Positions 31,153 through 42,464 of a stretch of DNA of 64,000 nt are shown one piece after another. Source of the DNA: Leptolyngbyaceae cyanobacterium. Lineage in GTDB: Bacteria > Cyanobacteriota > Cyanobacteriia > Phormidesmidales > Phormidesmidaceae. The notes under the pieces were generated by a model. The model made no database searches. It saw only the letters and a list, made by a program, of their open reading frames with translations, and was not told the DNA's origin. Each line of letters opens with the position of its first letter. Position 1 is the stretch's first letter. The position numbers and the translations under genes are program-made. Where the stretch lies: NCBI GenBank assembly GCA_965263355.1, contig CBDHHL010000056.1, positions 256,001 to 320,000 on the forward strand. Reading direction: 5' to 3'.

Positions 31153-32175
31153 ATGATGCAATTACTAGCGGGTGACATCGGCGGGACTAAAACTATTTTG
31201 CGTTTGGTGCAGTTTGACGGCAATGTGAGAGACACTCTCCATGAGCAACGCTTTGTTAGTAGTGATTATGCTGACCTGGTGCCGTTGGTCAAGGATTTTC
31301 TGGCAGCAGCTCCGGTGGCTGCTCACCCCCAAACGGCCTGCTTTGCCATTGCTGGCCCCGTCGTTAACAATTGCTCCCAGCTAACGAATTTGGCCTGGTC
31401 CCTGCGTAGCGATCGCATCGCTGACGAACTGGGCCTAAACACGGTAGAACTGATCAATGACTTTTCTGCTGTGGGCTATGGTGTACTGGGCTTAACACCG
31501 GAGGATCTATGTACGCTGCAGGCGGGAACTCCCGATGAGCAAGCCCCCATTGCCATCATTGGTGCAGGCACCGGGCTAGGCCAGGGATTTTTGATTAACT
31601 GTGGTGGTCAGTATCAGGTATTTCCGTCAGAGGGTGGGCATGTGGACTTTGCGCCCCGTTCTGAGCTGGAGTTTCAGCTGTTGCACTACCTCTTAGAAAA
31701 ACATGCCATTTCTCGCGTTTCGGTAGAACGGGTGGTTTCAGGTCAGGGCATTGTGTCGATCTATCAGTTTTTGCGCGATCGCAACTTTGCCACCGAGTCC
31801 GAAGAGCTGGGTCAAATCGTTCGGAACTGGGAACAAGGGGCGGGGCACCGGAGCGAACTCCCTGATCCAGCGGCTGCGATTTCTAAGGCGGCGACCACCG
31901 ATCGCTTAGCGGGCCGCACCATGGAAATGTTTATTGATGCTTACGGGGCCGCTGCTGGTAATTTGGCACTCAAGCTCTTACCGTATGGTGGTCTTTACGT
32001 AGCTGGTGGGGTTACGGCCAAGAATGTGGCGCTTATTCAGGAAGGTAGTTTTCTGTCTACTTTTAGCCATAAAGGCCGCATGAGTCAGCTGCTGGATAAT
32101 GTGCCAGTGCATTTGGTAATTAATCAGGATGTCGGGTTGATTGGGGCAGCATTGCGAGCAGGGCAAATTGCATGA
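31153..32175 (+). CDS. glk: Glucokinase
   Basis: LAGDIGGTKT, AIAGPV, LINDF, GAGTGLG, SEGGH, ERVVSGQG, GGLYVAGG. Confidence 0.96.
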   Translation: MMQLLAGDIGGTKTILRLVQFDGNVRDTLHEQRFVSSDYADLVPLVKDFLAAAPVAAHPQTACFAIAGPVVNNCSQLTNLAWSLRSDRIADELGLNTVELINDFSAVGYGVLGLTPEDLCTLQAGTPDEQAPIAIIGAGTGLGQGFLINCGGQYQVFPSEGGHVDFAPRSELEFQLLHYLLEKHAISRVSVERVVSGQGIVSIYQFLRDRNFATESEELGQIVRNWEQGAGHRSELPDPAAAISKAATTDRLAGRTMEMFIDAYGAAAGNLALKLLPYGGLYVAGGVTAKNVALIQEGSFLSTFSHKGRMSQLLDNVPVHLVINQDVGLIGAALRAGQIA

Positions 32176-32179
32176 ATTT

Positions 32180-32217
32180 GTTGTGTAGGGGTATTGCATG
32201 CAACACCCCTACACAAC
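32180..32217. repeat. GTAG-type REP palindrome
   Basis: GTTGTGTAGGGGTATTGCATGCAACACCCCTACACAAC is a 38-bp palindrome with one mismatch, immediately after the glk stop. Confidence 0.7.
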
Positions 32218-32256
32218 CGCTACAATAGGGGGCCAACGTACAACGACTAAGACTCT

Positions 32257-33021
32257 ATGGCAGGTCATAGTAAATGGGCCAATATTAAACGTCAAAAGGC
32301 GCGGGTTGATGCGGTTAAGGGCAAGGTCTTTGCCAAGCTGTCGCGGGAAATTATTGTAGCGGCCAAACATGGCGGTGGTGACCCGGATGGTAATTTTCAG
32401 CTGCGGACGGCGATTGATAAGGCGAAGGCGGCAGGGGTGCCGAATGATAATATTGACCGTGCGATCGCAAAAGGTACTGGCAAACTGGGCAGCGACGCCG
32501 ATTTAGAATCCATTCGCTATGAAGGGTATGGCCCTGGTGGGGTGGCTGTGTTGGTGGAAGCCCTCACGGATAATCGCAATCGGACAGCAGCTGATTTACG
32601 GGCGGCCTTTAGCAAAAACGGCGGTAACCTGGGGGAAACAGGCTGTGTTGGCTGGATGTTTGACCAAAAGGGTGTGGTTGTCGTTGTTGGCAATCTCGAT
32701 GAAGATGCCCTATTAGAAGCAGCCCTTGAAGGGGGCGCTGAGTCCTACGAACTGACGGAGGTAGATGAAGATACTCCCGGTGCAGAAGTATTTTGTTCTC
32801 CCAGTGATCTAGAGACATTAAGCGATCATCTCAAAGTAGAAAGCTACAGGGTTAAAGATATTGAACTACGCTGGGTGCCCAGTAATACAGTGGATGTAAC
32901 CGATACTGACCAGGCAAAGTCTCTTCTCAAAATGATGGATGCCCTAGAAGATATCGATGATGTGCAATCGGTAACCGCAAACTTTGACATGGGTGAAGAG
33001 ATCTTAGCCGCCGTTTTTTGA
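32257..33021 (+). CDS. yebC: YebC/PmpR-family protein
   Basis: MAGHSKWANIKRQK, YEGYGPGGVA, TDNRNRT, LEDIDDVQSV. Confidence 0.96.
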   Translation: MAGHSKWANIKRQKARVDAVKGKVFAKLSREIIVAAKHGGGDPDGNFQLRTAIDKAKAAGVPNDNIDRAIAKGTGKLGSDADLESIRYEGYGPGGVAVLVEALTDNRNRTAADLRAAFSKNGGNLGETGCVGWMFDQKGVVVVVGNLDEDALLEAALEGGAESYELTEVDEDTPGAEVFCSPSDLETLSDHLKVESYRVKDIELRWVPSNTVDVTDTDQAKSLLKMMDALEDIDDVQSVTANFDMGEEILAAVF

Positions 33022-33596
33022 GTAGGGCAGTTGACAGTGGGTACCATTGGCATTAGCTAGCAAGTTAGCTATTACCCACCATGCATTAACCCGCGAGCCG
33101 TTTCGTGTTTAACTTAAATTGTTAAAGATATAGTGATTTGGCCTCTCGTACTTGCTGTGACTATCTGGAAAGTGGATATCCTTAAGTGCATATATCCTTG
33201 AAGTGTGTAGAAATAGGTTAGTGAACTTCAATGTTAGAGTCTCTTCTCGGTTTAACTGTCACTAGGAATCCGCTCCTTCTTTAATTTGGCCAGCCGATAC
33301 ACAGGATAGGTTGTAGAAGAAGAAATAGACCGACAACGAATAAAGGTGCTGCCTTCTTTTCAAAAACTTATAGTTCGTCATAACGTTCTAGAAGGCTACG
33401 TTGAGCAATATAGATTACTAGAAGCATCAGGTACTACTCCTACAGACTTTGAAGCACAAATTGCATCAATAGCTCAATCTGAAGCAATTGATGGATACTT
33501 GATTTTAGAGCCTTCAAATTAGAACATTAAAACATGCGAAACTGCGAAACTTAATTAATGAGGACATTTTTTAAGTAATCTACTAGGAGATCGCCC

Positions 33597-33824
33597 ATGG
33601 AAATGCGCACAATTACAGTTCGTGTAGATACTGAAACAGCAAGTGCTTACGAAGCTTCGTCAGAAATAGACCGACGCAAAATTGATTTATTGCTCAACCT
33701 AAAATTGAGAGAGGTAATCAGAAAAATTCGGTCTTTAGAGGAAGTAATGGAAGACATGAGTCGTAAAGCTCAGGAACGAGGATTAACTCCAGAAATACTT
33801 GATTCTATTTTAGCTGAGTCGTAA
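33597..33824 (+). CDS. Putative antitoxin
   Basis: 75 aa: ITVRVD..TA.AY...SRKAQERGLTPEILDSIL. Has a GGAG RBS and lies directly upstream of a PIN gene. Confidence 0.75.
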   Translation: MEMRTITVRVDTETASAYEASSEIDRRKIDLLLNLKLREVIRKIRSLEEVMEDMSRKAQERGLTPEILDSILAES

Positions 33825-33825
33825 A

Positions 33826-34230
33826 TTGCGTTGTATTTTTAATACCAACACTATAGTTAGTGCCCTTCTTTTCAAGAATTCAGTGCCAGGAAGAGCACTT
33901 TATTATGCTTTGGCGAATGGAGTTACCTTGATTTCTTCAGAAACTATCGCTGAATTGGCAGAAGTTATCAATCATCCAAAATTCGATAAATATTTAACAT
34001 TTGAGGACCGTGAAGAATTTTTGGAAGCACTCCTATTAAGAGCAGAACTCATTGAAGTCTTCGAGAATTTGAAAATCTGTAGAGATCCTAAAGATGATAA
34101 GATTTTAAATCTTGCGGCAAACGGCAAAGCTGATTACAGCATCACTGGAGATGAGGATTTGCTAGTTTTGGGAATGTATCGTGATACCCGGATACTCAAT
34201 GCGAAGAATTTTCTAGAACTGTTTCCTTAG
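33826..34230 (+). CDS. Putative PIN-family toxin (PIN_3/VapC-like); first conserved Asp appears as Asn
   Basis: IFNTNTIVSAL, ELAEV, CRDPKDDKIL, ITGDEDLL. TTG start. Confidence 0.85.
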   Translation: MRCIFNTNTIVSALLFKNSVPGRALYYALANGVTLISSETIAELAEVINHPKFDKYLTFEDREEFLEALLLRAELIEVFENLKICRDPKDDKILNLAANGKADYSITGDEDLLVLGMYRDTRILNAKNFLELFP

Positions 34231-34387
34231 CTAATATTATTTATCTTTTTATCCACATAATATTGCATAGAAGCGGGCGGATTAAAATTTGGCGTTAGTC
34301 AACACAATACAGACCACAGCTCAGTTCCACGTTACACTGGCCATGCGATATGGATATGAGTAACCATAGGCAAGATAGCCCTTAATT

Positions 34388-34990
34388 GTGGTCACCATGG
34401 CAGCTAACGGGATACAACAGACAACGATTGGATGGCAATTTCGCAAATTGAGCCAAAATATCTCGGAATGGATTGAACTGAGGCTATCGGGTAATAATCA
34501 ATCCGTTGAAGATACGTCCTCATTTGAGTTACCACTATGGCTGGGTAGCCTACTGCTGTGGTTATCAATTGTAGTGGGGGTGATAGTCGTCAGCTGGTTC
34601 CTCTGGCGGCTGTTGGTGTATTACCTGGACAATCGGTCCGCACCAGTACAGCGTCATCAGGCCCTGGTTGAGAAAGAACCAGCGCCAACGCTATCGGTGG
34701 CTGAATGGTTACGTCAGGCCCATCGTTGGGAACAGGAAGGCAACTGGCCAGCGGCCTGTCGGGCTCTGTATATGGCCGCATTACAACTGTTACACGATCG
34801 GAAATGGGTGTCTCATTCGGCTAGCCGTACCGATGGTGAGTATTTGCAAACCCTGACCCAGGTTGCTCACCCACGTCCCTATCAATTATTGATTCGGACC
34901 CATGAGCGGGCTGAATTTGGCGGAGTTTTACCCACGGCTGAAAATCTAAAGCGGTGCCAACATGCCTATCGGGAGATTGAGAAAAAATGA
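34388..34990 (+). CDS. DUF4129-domain membrane protein
   Basis: TM segment, then ACRALYMAALQLLHDR...SRTDGEYL...HERAEFG. Confidence 0.8.
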   Translation: MVTMAANGIQQTTIGWQFRKLSQNISEWIELRLSGNNQSVEDTSSFELPLWLGSLLLWLSIVVGVIVVSWFLWRLLVYYLDNRSAPVQRHQALVEKEPAPTLSVAEWLRQAHRWEQEGNWPAACRALYMAALQLLHDRKWVSHSASRTDGEYLQTLTQVAHPRPYQLLIRTHERAEFGGVLPTAENLKRCQHAYREIEKK

Positions 34991-36129
34991 CAGTACGGTG
35001 GCAGAGTAATCGCTATATTTGGCTGGGCCTGATTACCCTGGCAGTGCTGTGCTTTTTTTTGGTAATTTTTGCACCTAGCAGCGGTATTAAAGTCCATGGT
35101 TCTACCTACAGTCGTGCTCCGGAAGGTTACCTGGGCTGGTATCAGTATATGCAGGCACAAGGCACGCCTGTGCAACGTTGGCAGCGTCCTCCTGAGGAGC
35201 TACTAGCAGAAAACTCTGACGATGGTCCCCATACGCTCTTGCAGATTTACTCTGGTCTGGTGTCTAGAAGCTTAGTGCTCGCTCCGGATTGGGTGGATGA
35301 CTGGTTGGCTGCTGGGAATACATTAGTAGTACTGGGTATCCATCAACCGGTTACAGAGGCTAAATTTAGGACAAGACAATCCAGTGACCAGGGAGGCGTG
35401 GTGGTAATGACCCGAAGACGTCGTACCACTCCCAATGCGGTTCAGTCCTTAGGAGACCGCTATGGGGCTGTTGTTTGGCAGCAAGAACGAGAGTCGGGGA
35501 CGGTGGTGCTGGCTACGACCCCTCACCTGGCGGCCAATGCCTATGAGGCTGTACCTGGTAATTATGCGTTCTTAGCCGAACTAGTGACTAAAACTGAGGG
35601 GACGATCTGGGTAGATGAGTTTTTGCATGGCTATAAAGCCCCGGATGTCATCCTTGAAGATGCCATTGGTACCTGGGAAGACTATTTATCTAAAACCCCT
35701 GTTATGGCTGTGTTGATTCAATTGGGGATAATGACGGGAGTTTTTATTCTGGCGCAAAATCGTCGGTTAGGAACCCGCACACTGGTAAAATCCCCGGTGG
35801 TGGATAACAGCCGGGTTTATATTGATGCGCTGGCAGCGGTGTTACATAAGGCTGGGAGTTCAACCTTTATGGTAGATGCGATCGCAAAAGCCGAACGCCT
35901 CGATCTACAAAAGGAACTAGGTCTGGGTCCAACGGAGACAGACGATGCTTCACTCCAGCAGGCCTGGACCCAAAACACCGGCCAAGGGTCAGAGATATTA
36001 ACGCCGCTGCTCAAACCCCCTCGACCCGGAAAACCAGTGTCAGACAGTCAGATGAATCAATGGCTCGCCAATTTACGACAGATTCGACAGCACATAGCCA
36101 GGTTTAAAGGTGGAAAACAACAACCATGA
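34987..36129 (+). CDS. DUF4350-domain membrane protein
   Basis: [46 protein letters not shown]. Confidence 0.8.
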   Translation: MTVRWQSNRYIWLGLITLAVLCFFLVIFAPSSGIKVHGSTYSRAPEGYLGWYQYMQAQGTPVQRWQRPPEELLAENSDDGPHTLLQIYSGLVSRSLVLAPDWVDDWLAAGNTLVVLGIHQPVTEAKFRTRQSSDQGGVVVMTRRRRTTPNAVQSLGDRYGAVVWQQERESGTVVLATTPHLAANAYEAVPGNYAFLAELVTKTEGTIWVDEFLHGYKAPDVILEDAIGTWEDYLSKTPVMAVLIQLGIMTGVFILAQNRRLGTRTLVKSPVVDNSRVYIDALAAVLHKAGSSTFMVDAIAKAERLDLQKELGLGPTETDDASLQQAWTQNTGQGSEILTPLLKPPRPGKPVSDSQMNQWLANLRQIRQHIARFKGGKQQP

Positions 36130-37076
36130 GTGAACTGCAAACCAGCATTAAAGAGATTGGCCAAACCCTGGAAACCGTTATTGTGGGTCAGTCAGCCCTG
36201 GTCAATCAGCTACTGGTGTCTCTGTTAGCGGGGGGACATGTAATTTTAGAAGGGGTGCCTGGTACCGGTAAAACCCTGATGGTTAAAGTAATTGCCCGCT
36301 TAATTCAGGCAGACTTTTGTCGCATTCAATTAACTCCCGACATTTTACCTTCAGATATTTTAGGCACCAATGTATTTGACTTAAATACGCGGGACTTCAC
36401 CCTCAAAAAAGGTCCTATTTTTACCCAGGTGTTGCTGGCCGATGAAGTTAATCGTACCCCACCTAAAACCCAGGCAGCTCTGTTAGAGGCCATGGAAGAA
36501 CAGCAGGTCACCTTGGATGGTGTGAGACATCCGTTGCCCGATCTCTTTTGGGTAATCGCCACCCAAAACTCTCTAGAGTTTGAAGGGACCTACCCGTTGC
36601 CCGAAGCCCAGTTGGATCGTTTTCTCTTTAAGCTAATTGTCGATTATCCAGAGCCCAAAGCCGAGAAACAAATGTTGCGCAATGCCCAGGCAGGTTTCGA
36701 AGCCCGACGGTTAAACATTAAAAATTTGCAAGCCATTACCCAGGCCATCGATATTTTGAAAGCTCGCCAAGGGGTAAAAAAAATCACTGTCCAAGATCCG
36801 ATCCTGGACTATATTCTGGCCCTGGTCCAGGCCACCCGAAAGTCGGCAGATCTGTCTCTGGGAGCCTCTCCTCGGTCAGCCGTCAGTTGGCTTCAGGCGA
36901 GCAAAGCCCATGCCTGGCTAGCGGGGCAAACCTACGTCACCCCTGATAATGTTAAGGCTGTGGCCCTACCATTACTCCGTCATCGACTGATTATGGGCCC
37001 TGAAGCCCAGTTGGATGGCCTCACCCCGGATGCGGTGATTGACGGCATCCTCAACCGCATTGCTGTGCCTAGATAG
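36126..37076 (+). CDS. MoxR-family AAA+ ATPase
   Basis: [64 protein letters not shown]. Confidence 0.95.
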   Translation: MSELQTSIKEIGQTLETVIVGQSALVNQLLVSLLAGGHVILEGVPGTGKTLMVKVIARLIQADFCRIQLTPDILPSDILGTNVFDLNTRDFTLKKGPIFTQVLLADEVNRTPPKTQAALLEAMEEQQVTLDGVRHPLPDLFWVIATQNSLEFEGTYPLPEAQLDRFLFKLIVDYPEPKAEKQMLRNAQAGFEARRLNIKNLQAITQAIDILKARQGVKKITVQDPILDYILALVQATRKSADLSLGASPRSAVSWLQASKAHAWLAGQTYVTPDNVKAVALPLLRHRLIMGPEAQLDGLTPDAVIDGILNRIAVPR

Positions 37077-37084
37077 GGAATACC

Positions 37085-38404
37085 ATGACGCCTACCTCAC
37101 GACTGTATTGGCTGATGGCAATGGGGGGGGCTGTGGCAGCTCTACTCCAGGGCGTTTCCCAGACCACATCTCCAGCGATCATTGTGCTCTGGATGCTGGC
37201 TTTTGACGGTGTACTGCTAGGGCTGATGTTGCTGGACGGGGTGTTGGTCGGTCAGGCAAAACGGCCCACCGTAGAGCGAGAACCACTCCATCGGCTCTCC
37301 ATTGGTCGAGATAACAAGGTGACGATCACCATTGCCACTAAAGCCACCCCCGCCCAGTTACAAATCTATGATCGTTATCCTAGCCAGTTGGGGGAAATCG
37401 CTATGCCCCTGCAGGTGGACTGCGGTGCTAAGGTGCGATCGCAAGTAACTTACACAGTACACCCGCAACAGCGGGGAGAATTTCAATGGGGTGATCTAGA
37501 AATACGACAGCGAGGTCCTCTGCACCTGGCTTGGCGTAGTTGGCGCATTCCCCAGGCACAAACGGTAGCCGTCTATCCAGATTTGGTCGGTTTAGAGGCC
37601 CTGTCAGTGCAGCTAGCTATTCAGTCAACGGGCACGGTGCGGCAGCGCAAACGCATTGGCATCGGTACCGAGTTTGCAGAATTGCGAGAATATGGCATCG
37701 GCGATGATCCTCGCCTGATTGATTGGAAAGCCACGGCACGGCGTAGTACGCCCCTGGTGCGAGTATTGGAACCAGAACGTGAACAAACCTTGATTGTGTT
37801 GCTGGATCGGGGCCGGTTAATGACGGCCCGAGTTAAGGGACTGTCACGGTTTGACTGGGGGATCAATGCTACCCTTTCCCTGGCTCTGGCTGGATTATAC
37901 CGGGGTGATCGTGTCGGTATTGGCGTGTTTGATCGGCAGATGCAAACCTGGGTGCCGCCTACCGGTGGTCAGCAACACTTACAGCATTTGATCAAGACAC
38001 TGACGCCTCTACAGCCCGTTTTATTAGAATCTGACTATTTGGGGGCCGTCACCCAGGTAGCCACTCAGCAACACCGTCGAGCCCTGGTGGTGGTGATTAC
38101 TGACATTGTTGATCAGACTGCATCGGCAGAGCTGTTAACCGCCCTCACCCGTCTCAAAGCCCGCCATCTGCCATTTTGTGTCACCTTGCGAGATCCCCAG
38201 GTAGACCGCCAGGCCCATCACTTTGAAACAACTGTTTCTGCGGCCTATGAACGAGCAGTGGCCCTAGACTTATTAAATCAACGTCAAATTGCCTTTGCCC
38301 AGCTAAAGCAAAGTGGTGTATTGGTGTTGGATGCTCCTGCCGATAAAATTCGCGACCCCTTGATAGACAACTATCTACGCATTAAAGCCAGAAACCGATT
38401 ATAA
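37085..38404 (+). CDS. DUF58 (VWA-like) protein
   Basis: GTEFAELREY..GDDPRLIDWKATAR, LDRGRLM, GDRVG, VVITD. Confidence 0.9.
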   Translation: MTPTSRLYWLMAMGGAVAALLQGVSQTTSPAIIVLWMLAFDGVLLGLMLLDGVLVGQAKRPTVEREPLHRLSIGRDNKVTITIATKATPAQLQIYDRYPSQLGEIAMPLQVDCGAKVRSQVTYTVHPQQRGEFQWGDLEIRQRGPLHLAWRSWRIPQAQTVAVYPDLVGLEALSVQLAIQSTGTVRQRKRIGIGTEFAELREYGIGDDPRLIDWKATARRSTPLVRVLEPEREQTLIVLLDRGRLMTARVKGLSRFDWGINATLSLALAGLYRGDRVGIGVFDRQMQTWVPPTGGQQHLQHLIKTLTPLQPVLLESDYLGAVTQVATQQHRRALVVVITDIVDQTASAELLTALTRLKARHLPFCVTLRDPQVDRQAHHFETTVSAAYERAVALDLLNQRQIAFAQLKQSGVLVLDAPADKIRDPLIDNYLRIKARNRL

Positions 38405-38635
38405 GTGTGTTAGATTTAGCACCGTTACTTTTCTAGCAGTAGAAGCTTCCAAAAATATTACCAAGGTACATACCTCACCAGATAGAGAAACAGAAGTAAC
38501 AGATTATTCTATCTTTACGTCTTCAATCTCCAATTATTGAACATTATTGACTGGTAAATCGGTGACTAATCAAGATATATTCTCTTATTTATTCAGTCCA
38601 TCTGTAGAAGTCTGTAGAAGAGATATCCTCATTCC

Positions 38636-38760
38636 TGTGGACTGGCCAAACTTTAATAGTCTCATCAGCGCTACCACTAAAAAGACTTTGCCCATCTAGA
38701 CTAAATGCCATTGACCAAGTGGGTTTAAGGTATCCTTTTAGCATTTGAGTGGGGTGCTCT
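38636..38760 (-). pseudogene. Single WD40-repeat relic
   Basis: Reads MLKGYLKPTWSMAFSLDGQSLFSGSADETIKVWPV, with no intact gene around it. Confidence 0.6.
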
Positions 38761-38818
38761 TCAGGGACCTACAATGGCATAGGCAACTGATTTTGGAGTT
38801 TCATCAATCTTTGGAGCA

Positions 38819-39823
38819 CTAACTTCTTCGCCCTGAGTTTGCATTGCCAATCAAACAATATCTCACTAGTCCTGCAAACAAGAGAGTCCCAACCAAATAC
38901 TTCACGGGAGAAGGTATTAACGGACTGGGGGAAAAGAACCCTTCGATAATGCCAGCAATAATCAGCATTGGGACAATGCCATAGACTAACTTAGCAGCCT
39001 GCAGTCCGTAGACCTTGAGGGCATCCAGACGACGATATTGCCCCGGTAGTAAGATAGCCCTGGCCAGAATTAACCCAGCGCCACCGGCCATAAAAATTGC
39101 GGGCAGTTCCAATGAACCATGGGGAAAGACAAAGGCCCACAGCTCATAGGCCAAATTTGTTTGGGCCACCAAGGTAGCTACAGAGCCAATCATCAGACCA
39201 TTAAACACGAGCAAATAAAGCGTAAATACACCTGGTGGAGTAAAGATAGGAATGGTCCACACAAAAAATGTAATACCGCCAACAATGGCCTTTAAGGCAA
39301 CACCAATGTTGTTGATGGTAATGGAGCTAGAGGCAATGGGTTCTTGACCTAAAATTGAAACGGTCCACAGTTCCTCAGATTCGCGGACAGACTCGACAAA
39401 ATCTGGCCCGAGCACCAGGGACATAAAGGTGGGGTCTTGCCATGAATACCACCAAGCAATTAGACCACTGATGATAAAAAGGGCAGTTGCGATCGCAATA
39501 TACCCCCAAGACTGCCGTATCACTGCTGGAAACCCGTAACAATAAAACTCCAGTACTGCCTGCCAATTTTGACGGCGAGACCCCTGATAAATCTGACCAT
39601 ATCCTCGTGATGTCAGCGCCTGTAAATCCTGCACTAGAGTTTCTCCCATCTGCTGGGTACGAGCCCGAGCCAAATCAGCCGACACCGAACGATAGAGACT
39701 GGCCAGGATCTTGATATTATCCGTGTCCAAGGACGCCAACCCATGGGTTTCCGCCTGACGTAATAATGTATCTAGCTGTTGCCAACTGGGTTCACGGCGA
39801 GCAATCCAACGTTGAATATTCAT
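38819..39823 (-). CDS. Stage II sporulation protein M (DUF95)-family membrane protein
   Basis: LYRSVSADLARAR, NNIGVA, FNGLMIG, PHGSLELPAIFMAGGAG, AGIIEGFFSP. Confidence 0.9.
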   Translation of the reverse strand: MNIQRWIARREPSWQQLDTLLRQAETHGLASLDTDNIKILASLYRSVSADLARARTQQMGETLVQDLQALTSRGYGQIYQGSRRQNWQAVLEFYCYGFPAVIRQSWGYIAIATALFIISGLIAWWYSWQDPTFMSLVLGPDFVESVRESEELWTVSILGQEPIASSSITINNIGVALKAIVGGITFFVWTIPIFTPPGVFTLYLLVFNGLMIGSVATLVAQTNLAYELWAFVFPHGSLELPAIFMAGGAGLILARAILLPGQYRRLDALKVYGLQAAKLVYGIVPMLIIAGIIEGFFSPSPLIPSPVKYLVGTLLFAGLVRYCLIGNANSGRRS

Positions 39824-39924
39824 TAAATAATGTGCATTATGACCATTTTTAGAAGGTTTGACCTACCCTTAGGATAACGTTGGGAAAGATATGCTGACGA
39901 ACTTTCTGTTATTGCTTAATTCTT

Positions 39925-40770
39925 ATGACAATCAATCCTACCGGTCGTCTGCGACCTCTCAACATCGGTAACGTCGTGAGTGTTGGTATTAGTTTATACC
40001 GGACTAATTTTAAGACCTATTCTGGCCTGGCACTCAAATCCCTGCTCTGGTATCTCATACCAGTTTATGGTTGGGCCCGCAGTCTTATGATTCTGGGACA
40101 AATTGGTCGCTTAGGCTTCAAAGAAATGGTGCGTGAGCCCGAAACGGTGAAGCAGGCATTGCGACAGGTAATACCCCGTATGTGGGCATTTCTTGGTATT
40201 GCCATGCTGGTAGGGTTAATTCAGTTTGGTATCAATATCGGTCTTTCTATGGTTAGGGGAATTGTATCGCTTCCCGTATTATTTTTAGCCGGCATAGGGG
40301 ATGCCGGAGCGGCGATATCAGGGCTACTGCAGCTACTATTGCTGCTGATATTTTTGGCGATTCAAATCTGGTTTCAGGCCCGCTTTTGGCTCTATGACCT
40401 GCTGCTGGCGGTAGAAACAGACCTGGAGGCAACCCAGGCAATTTCAAGAAGTTGGAAATTGACCCAAGGGTCATCCTTTAGGGTACAGCTGGTCTTTTTA
40501 ATTACCTATGTGATTATGTTACCGCTGATTATCCTTAGCTTTATTCCTTTTCTCTTCACCATTCCCTATTTTGCTACCTTTTCACCAGAGAACCCGGATC
40601 CAACTTTCTTTTTAGTAATCCTGTTGGCAACGTTAGCATTTTTGCTATTACTCTTTGTGATTAGCATTGTTACTGTTCCTTTCTGGCAATCTGTCAAAAC
40701 TGCCCTGTATTATGACTGCCGCAGTCGTAAAGAAGGATTAGACCTAGAGCTAAGAAAACGTAAAACATAA
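39925..40770 (+). CDS. Conserved integral membrane protein (GDPD-membrane-domain-like)
   Basis: LRPLNIGNVVS, AISRSWKLT.G, YYD.RSRKEGLDL. Confidence 0.75.
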   Translation: MTINPTGRLRPLNIGNVVSVGISLYRTNFKTYSGLALKSLLWYLIPVYGWARSLMILGQIGRLGFKEMVREPETVKQALRQVIPRMWAFLGIAMLVGLIQFGINIGLSMVRGIVSLPVLFLAGIGDAGAAISGLLQLLLLLIFLAIQIWFQARFWLYDLLLAVETDLEATQAISRSWKLTQGSSFRVQLVFLITYVIMLPLIILSFIPFLFTIPYFATFSPENPDPTFFLVILLATLAFLLLLFVISIVTVPFWQSVKTALYYDCRSRKEGLDLELRKRKT

Positions 40771-41576
40771 TGAAGCTCTTTAATACAGTTAAGATTCAAA
40801 CGCCAGAAAGTGTAGAGTTAGAGTTTGTCCTGGCAGGGATTGGCAGTCGTGCCCTGGCTCTAGTAGTTGACTATGTGATTGTTCTGTTGTCACTGTCAGT
40901 GCTGTCCGTTATCGCCTCAATTTTCCGAGCCCAGTTTACTGCCATTGCTACCTGGTTGGGGGGAGATACCGACAGCGTTGAGCTATGGTTAACAGCAATT
41001 TTTATTGCGCTGAGTTTTGCGGTTTCGAGTGGTTATTTTGTTGGCTTTGAATGTTTATGGCAGGGCCAAACCCCTGGTAAGCGCTTTACTAAAATTCGGG
41101 TAATTCGGGATAATGGCCAGCCAGAAGGCCTTTTTCAAGCTAGTCTACGGGCATTGCTGAGGCCGATTGACGATAGTCTTTTTCTGGGTTTTTTTTGTAT
41201 TCTTTTGGGGCAGCAAGAAAAACGTATTGGTGACTGGTTGGCAGGAACTCTAGTGGTCCAAATAGGAGAACCAGAAAGTAAACAAAACCTGCAGGTTTCG
41301 GAAGCGGCCAAGGCGTTGTCTACCTATCTAGTAGAAGAAGCAGATATGGATCAGCTTTTGATTGATGATTTTACAATTATCCGAGAGTATCTGCAACGGC
41401 GGGCTAGCTTAGCCTCAGACGCACGCAAAACGTTGAGTGTCAAGCTAGCTCGTGATGTGCGCTCAGTATTAGCCCTAGAAAAATTACCCCGCGACAAGAT
41501 GCCCGCCGATGAATTTTTGGAAGCGGTGTATTGGGCCTATCAGCAACAGCTAGGTGAACGTCGTTCTTATCGATAG
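40770..41576 (+). CDS. RDD-family protein
   Basis: TPESVELEF.LAGIGSRALA..VD, GQTPGKR, LRALLRPID, KRIGDWLAGT. Confidence 0.92.
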   Translation: MKLFNTVKIQTPESVELEFVLAGIGSRALALVVDYVIVLLSLSVLSVIASIFRAQFTAIATWLGGDTDSVELWLTAIFIALSFAVSSGYFVGFECLWQGQTPGKRFTKIRVIRDNGQPEGLFQASLRALLRPIDDSLFLGFFCILLGQQEKRIGDWLAGTLVVQIGEPESKQNLQVSEAAKALSTYLVEEADMDQLLIDDFTIIREYLQRRASLASDARKTLSVKLARDVRSVLALEKLPRDKMPADEFLEAVYWAYQQQLGERRSYR

Positions 41577-41596
41577 TAGTTTCTGTTTGAGTTGAA

Positions 41597-42464
41597 CTCA
41601 GATCTTGCAGTTTCTTAAGTCAGTCTCATACTGCGACAGGCACCCGTCCAATGTTGACCGAGATTCCCAACTTAGCGAGAATCGGTTGAATCCGCTTAGA
41701 TTCTTGTAGAAAGCAGGCAACTACCTCTTGGGGGAATAGATCATCACGAGCATCTTGAGCGGCTTGTTGCCCATCCAAAGTGGTTTGCCCTGAGGCTAAG
41801 AAGTGCCAGTGCGTCACTAGATAACTGATTAATGAGAGAATCCACCATCGGTACATCCCCAAACGAGTACCCTGCCCAAAACAATTCCAGCCAAATTGAT
41901 GTTTGAGCGTTTTGAAACAGGCCTCTATCGCCCATCGACGTTTGCCTAATCGGACAATATAGGCCCCACTGAGAGACTCAGTGACCACCACAAAGTGTTG
42001 GTCTCGCTGTCCGGTTGTCTCATGCTTGAGCCAAAACCAAGAGACACTCACCCAGTTGTCTAGGCCCTTGAGTTGGACTCGTTGTCCTCGCTCCAAAAGG
42101 TCTAAAACAGCGCGACCATCTTCTAAACACCGGTCACAGCAAACACTTTCGACGGGTCGCTTGAATGGCTTTTCCGGTCGGCCAACCGTATCGATTGAGA
42201 AATCGACTCAACGCCGATTCTGACTTCGTTTTTCCTGACCTAGATCGAGGGCGCTGATGCTCTAAAAATAAGGCCAATAGACATTGCAAACTTGCCTTCA
42301 TATGCACACTCGGCATCAGGGCAATGAGACGATAGACTAAGTCTTGGGCGTGGTTTTCCATCCTTTGAACCGTTGGTAGACCACGTCTGTTTTCTCAGAA
42401 ATTCGGCACTTTTTACTGATTTATACGTACTACTATCTTGCGTGAGACGGGTGCAAGATCTAAG
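41597..42464 (-). mobile_element. Internally deleted IS (IS701-like DDE transposase relic) with both terminal inverted repeats
   Basis: TIRs are CTCAGATCTTGCA (41597) and TGCAAGATCTAAG (ends 42464). N-terminal fragment AQDLVY..IALMPS...KSESALSRFLNRY and C-terminal fragment GKRRWAIEACFKTLKHQF. Only 868 bp long. Confidence 0.8.

Noticed and set aside
33310..33522. Open AT-rich frame (VVEEEIDRQRIKVLPSF...LILEPSN*) upstream of the TA pair
   Set aside because: No start codon and no recognisable family. It is probably a relic but cannot be supported.
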